Shown here piece after piece: positions 1 to 8,361 of a stretch of 24,331 nt of DNA; position 1 is the stretch's first letter; each line of letters begins with the position of its first letter. The translations under genes and the position numbers were made by a program. The notes under the pieces are model-generated. The model did not search any database. It worked only from the letters and a program-made list of their open reading frames with translations, and had not been told where the DNA came from. This DNA comes from an uncultured Methanosarcinales archaeon (GTDB taxonomy: Archaea > Nanobdellota > Nanobdellia > Woesearchaeales > ARS49): assembly GCA_964413955.1 (NCBI GenBank), contig CAYPUD010000002.1, forward strand, positions 1-24,331, in the 5' to 3' direction.

Positions 1-35
1 TAAGATTCTTTTGCTGGTTTTTATGACATTATTCG

Positions 36-180
36 CAAACAGGACGCCTCTTGTTTAAATAAAGAGTTTTCTTCTGTTGCATCTCACATTGCTTCGGACG
101 CCCTCTTGTTCAGTTCAGGAGCTTTCTGTCCCTGCTCATTACACAATCCCTTGCGCTCATTTTTCATCTGAAGAATTATT
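36..180. repeat. Copy 1 (partial) of a dispersed non-coding element: AAACAGGACGCC followed by 2 clear and 1 degenerate ~55-nt-periodic palindromic units
   Basis: Units ctcttg-tttaaat-aaagag (48-66), ctcttg-ttcagtt-caggag (103-121) and degenerate tcattt-ttcatct-gaagaa (157-175). 36-70 closely matches 18349-18380 and 24270-24304. Confidence 0.75.
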
Positions 181-205
181 TGCCCTGCTTGTTTCAACAT
201 TTATT

Positions 206-1012
206 TCATGGCATTTCCACTATCTTCTTTGTTGCGTCTAAGAACGCTCTTGCTCTTTTCTTGTATTTCATGAACTCGCTTCCTGAGACTTTTGTTTTTT
301 CTCGGTGCATGATCTGTTTGGCTAACTTGTAGAAGAAGTCCATTGTCGCCACATGCTTTCTGTTCAGCAATCCTCTTTTTACAAGTTTTTTGTCAAGCAT
401 CCCTGCCACTTGTTTTGGTATTGGAGGGACCTCTCCCATTTTCATTAATGCGGCGTGCGCTGCATCTATTACCCCCCAATATAAATCAAGCGTAGCTTGA
501 ACTAGATGCCAGTCTGCATTCAGCAATGATGCTGGCGCTCTTGTAAAATATGTCCATATGCTTTCTTTTGTTGGCCTTATCTTGCCTTCAAACAATAAGT
601 GCTGCACTGGCTCAAACAACCCAACATCATACAGAGGAACTCCATCTCTTAGCATATTTATTATTATTGGGTCTCCGTTCCTGACGCTTTCCCAGAATGA
701 TGTAAGCTTCAGCGTTGTTATGTGCAATCTTTTGCTCACCTTCGCTGCTGTATTCTCAACTATGACCCTGTATGCTTGGATGACTTCTGGGCTTAGTATT
801 TGTGTCATGTCATCAATTATTAGAAGCACGTCTATGTCTGGTTCATATACTGGATGTTCAGCTCTTGCTGTGCTTCCGAAGAGTATCGCTGATTTCAGGA
901 AATCTTCCAGTTCTTTCTTTAACAATTCTGCAAATTTTTTTGCGAGTTCAAAATCGCTGCTGATGTATTTTGGTATGTTAGGATGTTTCCTTTTCTCTAC
1001 TACAAACTTCAT
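206..1012 (-). CDS. Nucleotidyltransferase (MNT/Pol-beta fold) fused to a C-terminal HEPN-like helical domain
   Basis: LFGSTAR...DIDVLLI fits the GS...DxD NTase motif. The C-terminal DAAHAALMKMG...KQIMH segment resembles HEPN helices. A TATA box lies upstream. Confidence 0.8.
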   Translation of the reverse strand: MKFVVEKRKHPNIPKYISSDFELAKKFAELLKKELEDFLKSAILFGSTARAEHPVYEPDIDVLLIIDDMTQILSPEVIQAYRVIVENTAAKVSKRLHITTLKLTSFWESVRNGDPIIINMLRDGVPLYDVGLFEPVQHLLFEGKIRPTKESIWTYFTRAPASLLNADWHLVQATLDLYWGVIDAAHAALMKMGEVPPIPKQVAGMLDKKLVKRGLLNRKHVATMDFFYKLAKQIMHREKTKVSGSEFMKYKKRARAFLDATKKIVEMP

Positions 1013-1033
1013 ATTCTCTTATAATGCGCTTTT

Positions 1034-1047
1034 TTTATTAAGGTTTT
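1034..1047 (-). promoter_or_regulatory. BRE-TATA promoter for the MNT-HEPN gene
   Basis: Minus strand aaaacc-ttaataaa, with the first TATA base about 29 nt before the ATG at 1012. Confidence 0.55.
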
Positions 1048-1118
1048 AGTATCACTTCAGGATGGTTAGCTGTTTTTTTTGGCTTTTTTTTTGTGTTTTC
1101 CTTACTTTGGCTTGATTG

Positions 1119-1134
1119 CAAAACTTTTTATAAA
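1119..1134 (+). promoter_or_regulatory. BRE-TATA promoter for ORF 1155
   Basis: caaaac-tttttataaa about 30 nt upstream of ATG 1155. Confidence 0.6.
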
Positions 1135-1154
1135 GGCTGGGTTTTCTTTTTCTT

Positions 1155-1685
1155 ATGGGGGATGATAAAATCTTTGTTGCGGAAGAAATCGTTTCTGAGC
1201 CCTCTGAAAATTTTGAGGCTAAGCGTATTGAAATCTTGGTCAGGCAGATCTTAAAACAAAATCCTGATGAAAAAAGAAAGCTTGATGATTATTTCAAGGA
1301 TATGCCTGGCCTCAACAAGAATGATGACGACTGGCTGAAGTTTGACGCTGACCTTTTGAAAGAGTCTGAATACAGCCAATTCCTTGGAGATGACACTTCT
1401 TATAAGTTAACTGTGAATGATGGCAAGAATATTTTTGAGGGTTATTATGAGAAAGCTATGGACGAGTTAAAGAAAGTAAAAGATAATTCTTATACTGCTT
1501 TGGGCAGGCAGATAGAGTCTGAGAACTTGCGAAATGCTTTGGTGATTATCAAGGACAAGAAGGAGCGTAATATTGATTCATTTTTGTTTGATTCTGCTAA
1601 GAAAGCTGCTGTTGATGCTTACAAATGGAGCAGCATTGTCTGGTGGCAGATGCTTTATGAGTTGCAGGGTAAAGTTGTTTTTTGA
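1155..1685 (+). CDS. Hypothetical acidic, probably helical protein (176 aa)
   Basis: ATG-initiated ORF with its own TATA box that fills the gap between flanking genes. No motif recognised. Confidence 0.7.
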   Translation: MGDDKIFVAEEIVSEPSENFEAKRIEILVRQILKQNPDEKRKLDDYFKDMPGLNKNDDDWLKFDADLLKESEYSQFLGDDTSYKLTVNDGKNIFEGYYEKAMDELKKVKDNSYTALGRQIESENLRNALVIIKDKKERNIDSFLFDSAKKAAVDAYKWSSIVWWQMLYELQGKVVF

Positions 1686-1716
1686 TCCTTTCAGGCAACC
1701 GCTTCAGACAGAGCCA

Positions 1717-2388
1717 TTAATACACCATGATGTTGTGGTCCGCTCTTTTCAGATAGCCTCTGGTGTTGTTTTTTTCTGACACGAAATGAGCGAATTCTCT
1801 GCCTGATGCTTTTACTGTCTGGATGATCTGTTCTATTGTCTTTCTGTGGTCTGCGAATTGTTTTATTCCCACGCTTTCTGGTGCATAAAGGTATAATTTA
1901 GCTTTTGTTGTTAAGATGTCTGTCAAGTATGCCAAAACCCCTTTTTCACCTTCATAGTCTGCCAGATGGGTCGGGTCTATAAAGAATAGTGAATCCTCAT
2001 CAGCTAAAGATATGTATTCATCAATATAGTCCTGGTAAGTTTCAAAAACGTCAACTTTATTCCCGTATGGTTGAACATTCGCTCGCAACTCTTCACGCAG
2101 CGCACTATTTTTCTCGTTCAGATACGCATGAAAATCTCTTCCAGAATTGCTTATCATTTCTAATGCAAGAATTGCTGCTCCTTTAAACTCATTGTCAGTT
2201 CCTCTGTTGTATATTCCTGCTCCTGCAAACAGGTCAAAATATTTGAAGACGTCGTCAGGATCAGTTGTTTCTTGTTTGTTCTGCTTCAAATTCACTGTGT
2301 TGAGAATTTCTTTTAAGAAATCGCTGAAGTGTTTCTGTTTTATTCTGTCTGTGAGGTTCTGTGGAGAATATCCTGTCTTGTTTTTCAT
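1717..2388 (-). CDS. Class I SAM-dependent methyltransferase-like protein (TcmP/RlmJ-like)
   Basis: YFDLFAGAGIY (motif I), LNEKN (motif II acidic residue) and FFIDPT (DPxx-like motif IV). Confidence 0.7.
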   Translation of the reverse strand: MKNKTGYSPQNLTDRIKQKHFSDFLKEILNTVNLKQNKQETTDPDDVFKYFDLFAGAGIYNRGTDNEFKGAAILALEMISNSGRDFHAYLNEKNSALREELRANVQPYGNKVDVFETYQDYIDEYISLADEDSLFFIDPTHLADYEGEKGVLAYLTDILTTKAKLYLYAPESVGIKQFADHRKTIEQIIQTVKASGREFAHFVSEKNNTRGYLKRADHNIMVY

Positions 2389-2413
2389 TTTTATTTTGTC
2401 TGTCTTTGTTCGC

Positions 2414-3124
2414 TTATTGGTTTACTTTCATTCCTGTCAGTTCTCCTGTTCCATCATCTTCCATTATGACTTCCTTATAGGATATGCCTTCTTGCAGCAT
2501 TTCTTTTATCATCAGTCCATCTGAAGGTATTATTTTTGCTGGCAGTTCATCCAGATTGAACCATGCGAGCTGGCCTTCTTCTCCTGATGTAAATTCTTCG
2601 CTTTTTGATTCTAACTCGCAGAGGAATATGACGAATGCGTGTTTTATCTCATCGCCTTCTTTTACTCTTTCATGCAGCACCCCTCTCACACCTTTGAACT
2701 CGCAGTCCAATCCTGTCTCTTCCTTGGCTTCTCTTATTGCGCAGTCTTTTATTGATTCTTTCATTTTTAGTTTGCCGCCTATCATTCCCCAATATCCTTG
2801 GTAAGGCCTTTTTACTCTCCTTAACAAGCATATCTTGTTCTTGTGCTTCACTGCTGCAACTATCACTGTCAAAGGGCCTGTTTCCCTGCCAGTGAGGTGG
2901 GCGAAGAAAGGGAGCATCTGTTCTGCTTTTTTTGTCAGCTTGTAATATTCGTCATCTTTTTCAAGCAAGCCGTCTTTTATCATCATATCAAGATGATAGC
3001 TTAATGTGTTTGATTTGAGCTCAAGGCTTTTCTCTATCTCATTGAATTTGAGCATCCTTTTCTTAATGAACAGCTTGAAAATGTCTTCTCTTTCTTTTTT
3101 TGCGAGTGTTGTGTTTGATTTCAT
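2414..3124 (-). CDS. N-terminal winged-HTH plus C-terminal Nudix domain; putative transcription regulator
   Basis: wHTH pattern FNEIEKSLELKSNTLSYHLDMMIKDGLLEK...YKLT and an intact Nudix box GKLKMKESIKDCAIREAKEETGL. Confidence 0.85.
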   Translation of the reverse strand: MKSNTTLAKKEREDIFKLFIKKRMLKFNEIEKSLELKSNTLSYHLDMMIKDGLLEKDDEYYKLTKKAEQMLPFFAHLTGRETGPLTVIVAAVKHKNKICLLRRVKRPYQGYWGMIGGKLKMKESIKDCAIREAKEETGLDCEFKGVRGVLHERVKEGDEIKHAFVIFLCELESKSEEFTSGEEGQLAWFNLDELPAKIIPSDGLMIKEMLQEGISYKEVIMEDDGTGELTGMKVNQ

Positions 3125-3149
3125 CTTATTTTATTGAAATTGTCTTTTT

Positions 3150-3164
3150 CTTATTAATTTTTCC
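3150..3164 (-). promoter_or_regulatory. BRE-TATA promoter for the wHTH-Nudix gene
   Basis: Minus strand ggaaaaa-ttaataag about 33 nt before ATG 3124. Confidence 0.55.
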
Positions 3165-3207
3165 TCAAGAAAGTTTGACTGTTGTGTTCTTTCCTTCTGT
3201 CTTTCTG

Positions 3208-3226
3208 GTCTTGGCCAACTCAAGAT
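3208..3226. promoter_or_regulatory. Isolated palindrome TCTTG-N7-CAAGA matching the unit of the dispersed arrays
   Basis: gtcttg-gccaact-caagat. A second CTCAAGA half-site lies 55 nt away at 3164-3170. Confidence 0.45.
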
Positions 3227-3227
3227 G

Positions 3228-3740
3228 TTACGAGAACTTGTAGCTAAAGTACTTGTCTATGTCTGGCACTATATCAAATTCTTTTATTTCTTCTGGGCTG
3301 ATCCACACGTATCTTTCGTGTTCCCAATCCAGCCTGATCTCAGGTATTTTTTCCAGTTCAGCTAAAAATGGAAACACTATCCAGGTCTTATTGGTCTGGC
3401 CATCATGGTATTCTATTGCTTCTCCTTTCTTTATTGAAGTTACTTTATCTGCTGTTATGCCTGTCTCTTCCTCCAGTTCTTTCAGAGCTATTTCTTTTGC
3501 TGTGATTGGCCTATCAATATAGCCCCCTATGTTTGCCCACTTGCCTTTGTATGAGCTGACTTTCTGGCTTCTTTTAAGGAGTAGGTATTTCTCGCAGCAC
3601 TTGACCAATAAAGTGACTACTGGCGCTATTTCAGAATCTGAATAGTTCACTCTTCCGTCTGGAAATTTAGGGAGTCTTTCCTGGAATTCTTTCACCAGTG
3701 TTATTTCGTCTTTCATCCTGTTGTTATTTGTTTCATTCAT
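3228..3740 (-). CDS. Nudix hydrolase
   Basis: LLLKRS...YKGKWANIGG followed by the Nudix box variant GYIDRPITAKEIALKELEEETGI, and C-terminal LDWEH...WI. Confidence 0.9.
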   Translation of the reverse strand: MNETNNNRMKDEITLVKEFQERLPKFPDGRVNYSDSEIAPVVTLLVKCCEKYLLLKRSQKVSSYKGKWANIGGYIDRPITAKEIALKELEEETGITADKVTSIKKGEAIEYHDGQTNKTWIVFPFLAELEKIPEIRLDWEHERYVWISPEEIKEFDIVPDIDKYFSYKFS

Positions 3741-3807
3741 TTTTGTTTGTTTGGCTTAAGATCAGATTTGCCTTAGATCTGGTTTGTCTGTTATAGAATC
3801 AATCATG

Positions 3808-4500
3808 TCAGTCTGTCTGAAATAAAACATTTCTTTCATCCCCTTCAGGGTATGGTTGTCTGGCGCATTTTATTGACGTGTCCAGCCACGCATCATAACC
3901 TAATGCCTTTACTGCGTCTTCAAAGAAGGATATTGTTTCTGACAAAGCTCTGTAGGGTTTTCTGAATGTTATCCTTTCCAGGACTTCTCTTTTTATCAGG
4001 CAGCAGCTTAGTGCCGCAGCGCCTATCTTTATCATCCTAGGCTCATTCAGCGCTTCTGGCCTCAGCAATTGCAGATAATTGTCTTCTATCAGCTTATACA
4101 TAGGCGGCGCTATTATTTGTTGGCCTTTGTACATAAGAACGTTCAGGTATGCTGCTGTGATGATTTCCTTATCTTTTTCCAGCAATCTTATAAGAATATC
4201 TTTTGGCATCAGGACATCTGAATCTAAGAACAGGACATGGCTGTAACCTTCCTCAAGCGCGTAGTCTCTCAGGAGGTTTCTGTTGCTCACTGCTTGTTCA
4301 AGCTCATTGTCAAATTTCTCTTTGTTCCTCAGCGTCTTTAGTTTTGTTTTTTCAAGTTCTTCAAGGTATTTGTAATTCTGTTTTGACACTACAAAGATCA
4401 CATCAAACTTTCCTTTTAATTTCTTGAATTGTTGTGTGAATTTCTCAAACAAGTGTGTGTGCTTATCTTCTGGAAATACTGCAATTAGTGTTTTTGTCAT
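3808..4500 (-). CDS. GT-A fold (GT2-like) glycosyltransferase
   Basis: RNLLRDYAL...YSHVLFLDSDV (DxD motif) and IGAAALSCCLIKREVLE. Confidence 0.8.
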   Translation of the reverse strand: MTKTLIAVFPEDKHTHLFEKFTQQFKKLKGKFDVIFVVSKQNYKYLEELEKTKLKTLRNKEKFDNELEQAVSNRNLLRDYALEEGYSHVLFLDSDVLMPKDILIRLLEKDKEIITAAYLNVLMYKGQQIIAPPMYKLIEDNYLQLLRPEALNEPRMIKIGAAALSCCLIKREVLERITFRKPYRALSETISFFEDAVKALGYDAWLDTSIKCARQPYPEGDERNVLFQTD

Positions 4501-4635
4501 TTTTTCTTTTTTTTAGCATTATTTTTATTTTCTTTTTTGTTTTTAAATAAGTTGTATTTTTTTCTTTTTAAACTTTTAGCAAAGCTATTAAATTGATCTT
4601 ATTTACCTTGTTTTAGGGGGTTATTTTTTTTGAAA

Positions 4636-5139
4636 ATGAAGTTGTATGATTTGTTTCAGGAAATCTTTAAGTATAGATCTTACGCAGATAATTTTGATAT
4701 TTCTGTTGTGAGTGGTATTGAGTTTGTCAGCCCTAAGCCTGAATTGAAAAAAGATCTTCCTGAAATAATTAAGTCTCTTTTGACATTAAGTGAACAGGCA
4801 AAGGTTCTTTTGGGAAGGGATTCTTTTTATGGTGTCTCTAAAGTGCTTGACAATATAATCTCAAAAGCTGATTCTGCTCTTCGCCATTATAATAATCTCA
4901 TCAAGATTGAGTCTGAGCCTTTCCTTAAGAGCCTTTATGTTTCTTTCGGAAAAAAAGAGGATGAGGGTCCTTCAGGGCAGGATGATTATCATGTTGATGA
5001 TTCTGCAAAAGCAGAGAGTGAAAGCCTCTTTTATGTCAATTGCCTGCGTGCTTTTTCTTTGGTCAAGAACTTAAAGGAGGGTTTTAGCAAGCTTACTGAG
5101 ACTGGCAATCTTGAGAGGAGCAGTCTTTCGCCTGAGTGA
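4636..5139 (+). CDS. Hypothetical protein (~167 aa)
   Basis: ORF fills the intergenic space, preceded by an aggggg RBS-like run. The start is TTG 4630 or ATG 4636. No motif recognised. Confidence 0.65.
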   Translation: MKLYDLFQEIFKYRSYADNFDISVVSGIEFVSPKPELKKDLPEIIKSLLTLSEQAKVLLGRDSFYGVSKVLDNIISKADSALRHYNNLIKIESEPFLKSLYVSFGKKEDEGPSGQDDYHVDDSAKAESESLFYVNCLRAFSLVKNLKEGFSKLTETGNLERSSLSPE

Positions 5140-5226
5140 GTTTGAATTTTTTTGTTTGTTGTGTTCCTGCCCAAAATTTGTTTGATCAAAAGTGTTTTTT
5201 AAGAAATAATGCGTGCAATAGATTAA

Positions 5227-5361
5227 TCACTCTTCTTCTTTTTCTGCTTCTTTCTTGAGTTCTTCAAGTTCTTCTTCTGAAAGTTCTTCTTCTTTTTTTT
5301 CTATCTCTTCCCAGAGTTTCTTGACTTCTTCATCACTCTTTTTTTTGTTTTCTTCAGCCAT
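5227..5361 (-). CDS. Small acidic Glu/Lys-rich protein (44 aa), not in the ORF track
   Basis: Hand translation gives MAEENKKKSDEEVKKLWEEIEKKEEELSEEELEELKKEAEKEEE*. The ATG is 7 nt after the rps7 stop. Confidence 0.6.
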   Translation of the reverse strand: MAEENKKKSDEEVKKLWEEIEKKEEELSEEELEELKKEAEKEEE

Positions 5362-5368
5362 TTTAGAA

Positions 5369-5965
5369 TTATCTGCTTCCGTCTGCTTGCCTTTCTATTT
5401 CTAGTTTTTTCTGTATCGCCAGACTCTTGTTTTGGTCTAGTTTGTAAGCTCCTAATAATTCTTCTGATAGTGCTTCTGGAAAGCTTTTCTTTTTGTTGAA
5501 GCACTTTTCGTATGTCCCTTGTGAGAAGAACTTTAGCGCAATATCAATTCTTCTTTGTGGTGCGCAGTCCACTGCTTTTGGATACCTCGCTCCGCCATAC
5601 TCTATGGTCACTATCTCCTCTCGTGGAGCTGCATTCTCTAATGCCTGCACAAAGACTTTTATTGGGTTCTCCCCTGTTTTTTTCTCTATGATTTCAAATG
5701 CTTTCTGGACAAGCTTGTATGCTTGTGGCGCTGTTCCTGTGCAATGCCCTGAGCTTCTCTTGTGTTTTTTTCCTTTATGCCCTGGAACCATCACTCTGTT
5801 GATCAGCCTTTCCACTATGAATGTCTTGCTTTTGTGGAATCTTTTTCCTGCATACCTTGCTCCTGTTTTCGGGACAATTCTTGGATCTAGTGTCACATAT
5901 TTTTTAAGCCCAGAATCCTCTACCTTGATTCCTTCCACACTCCATTTGTTGAATGCTAATACCAT
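5369..5965 (-). CDS. rps7: 30S ribosomal protein S7 (uS7)
   Basis: IVERLINRVM, ENAAPREE, AVDCAPQRRIDIAL and operon position. Confidence 0.97.
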   Translation of the reverse strand: MVLAFNKWSVEGIKVEDSGLKKYVTLDPRIVPKTGARYAGKRFHKSKTFIVERLINRVMVPGHKGKKHKRSSGHCTGTAPQAYKLVQKAFEIIEKKTGENPIKVFVQALENAAPREEIVTIEYGGARYPKAVDCAPQRRIDIALKFFSQGTYEKCFNKKKSFPEALSEELLGAYKLDQNKSLAIQKKLEIERQADGSR

Positions 5966-5967
5966 TT

Positions 5968-6405
5968 TTACTTCCTTGCTTTTTCTATTTTGCCTCTCAA
6001 CAAGGCATTGAGGCTCTGATCATTTACTTTAAGCACTTGCCACCTGACCCCTGGGATGTCTCCTTTTGATTTCCCCTTTGTGCCACCTATGCACTCTATC
6101 AGGACTTCGTCGTGCTCATCAACTAGCTTTTGCGCCCCGTCCCCTGGAAGGAATGCTGTTATCTGCCTGCCGTTCTTCACTAATTGTACCCTTACGCATT
6201 TTCTCTTTGCGCTGTTTGGCTGTTTTGCTTCCAACTCGAGTTTTTCAAGGACAATGCCTTTTGCCTGGCTTGATCCCACTAATGGGTCTGATTTCTTTTT
6301 TAGGTTGAATATTCGTCTGACATACTTATCATTCATCAGAAGCCCTTTGTGCCTTCTCTTCTTCAGGGCTTTTGCTGTGTTTTGTCCTTTTGATTTGTTT
6401 CCCAT
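5968..6405 (-). CDS. rps12: 30S ribosomal protein S12 (uS12)
   Basis: [25 protein letters not shown] and GDIPGVR. Confidence 0.97.
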   Translation of the reverse strand: MGNKSKGQNTAKALKKRRHKGLLMNDKYVRRIFNLKKKSDPLVGSSQAKGIVLEKLELEAKQPNSAKRKCVRVQLVKNGRQITAFLPGDGAQKLVDEHDEVLIECIGGTKGKSKGDIPGVRWQVLKVNDQSLNALLRGKIEKARK

Positions 6406-6442
6406 TTTTGTTTTACCTTTTGTTGATTTTGACTTGTTTCGC

Positions 6443-6856
6443 TTATTTTACTTTTAGTTCATCTATCGGAAAAAACCTTTTGACTATCTCCTCATATGCT
6501 CTTAATATTGAGGCATTTCTTCCTATGAGCAAGCCTCTGCTTTTTAAATCTTTTGCTGTCATCTCAATTATTCCGTCTGTCTGCTCTACTGATTCAAGAT
6601 GCAATGGTGCTACGAGACTCTTGATGAATTCTTTTACGTCCTCACTATACCCTGCAATCTTAATCTTTTTCTTCAGTTTCTGTTCAAGTTTTTTTGCATT
6701 CGCTCCTCTCTGGCCGACTGCTGTTCCAACGTCTTTCATGTCCACAATGAATATTATTTGGTTGTCTTGAATTATGCAGTCTTTTGGAGTTACTCTTGTT
6801 ATCTTCTCGAAGATTGTCATGAATTGCATTGATTTAATATCAAATACTTTCTTCAT
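6443..6856 (-). CDS. nusA: Archaeal NusA-like transcription factor (two KH domains)
   Basis: [13 protein letters not shown] and [10 protein letters not shown] motifs, between rpl30e and rps12. Confidence 0.93.
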   Translation of the reverse strand: MKKVFDIKSMQFMTIFEKITRVTPKDCIIQDNQIIFIVDMKDVGTAVGQRGANAKKLEQKLKKKIKIAGYSEDVKEFIKSLVAPLHLESVEQTDGIIEMTAKDLKSRGLLIGRNASILRAYEEIVKRFFPIDELKVK

Positions 6857-7128
6857 TTAAGAACTCCTAAGACTGAAACTGTGTGTTGTCTCTTGCATAG
6901 TGTGCCTAGTTCTTCATTGTCCAAGTCAACTATTTCTAATTCTGTGCCTGTCAGTCTGCAGTATTTCTCAAAGTCCTCTTTCATGCTTTCTGAACTGTTC
7001 TTTGACAGGATTACTTTTGCCAGCTCTTTGTTCAACAGTTTCTTTTTTGTCTCTTGCGCGCCTATCTTCACTTTGTTTTCTGCGATCCTTTTTCTCAGAT
7101 CTGTTGTTAATTCTTCTGTTTTTGCCAT
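6853..7128 (-). CDS. rpl30e: 50S ribosomal protein L30e
   Basis: KVKIGAQETKK and ELGTLCKRQHTVSVLGV, in the conserved position after rpoA''. Confidence 0.9.
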   Translation of the reverse strand: MAKTEELTTDLRKRIAENKVKIGAQETKKKLLNKELAKVILSKNSSESMKEDFEKYCRLTGTELEIVDLDNEELGTLCKRQHTVSVLGVLK

Positions 7129-7175
7129 TTTTCCTTTACGTTGTTTTTTATTTTTTTAATTTTTTGTTTTATTGC

Positions 7176-8327
<1,152 letters not shown>

Positions 8328-8361
8328 TTAATGATCTGCTTATCCTGATCCTTTATATCCT

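Noticed and set aside
36-180. Replication origin (ORB cluster) or C/D-box sRNAs
   Set aside because: The ORB similarity is loose, there is no cdc6/orc1 gene, and three dispersed clusters is atypical. There are no RTGATGA/CTGA box pairs.
3757-3790. cagat-N9-atctg inverted repeat between the glycosyltransferase and Nudix genes
   Set aside because: A short, weak stem with no second copy.
5253-5268. TCTTG-N7-CAAG match inside the small acidic ORF
   Set aside because: Explained by Leu/Lys/Glu codons and lacks the flanking consensus, so treated as chance.
5301-5504. 67-aa minus ORF
   Set aside because: An alternative frame overlapping the rps7 3' end. The 44-aa ORF at 5227-5361 fits better.
5968-6405. 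Divergent residues in uS12 (LELEAK, SAKRK)
   Set aside because: The core QPNSA and PGDG motifs are intact, and I cannot judge the divergence as unusual without an alignment.
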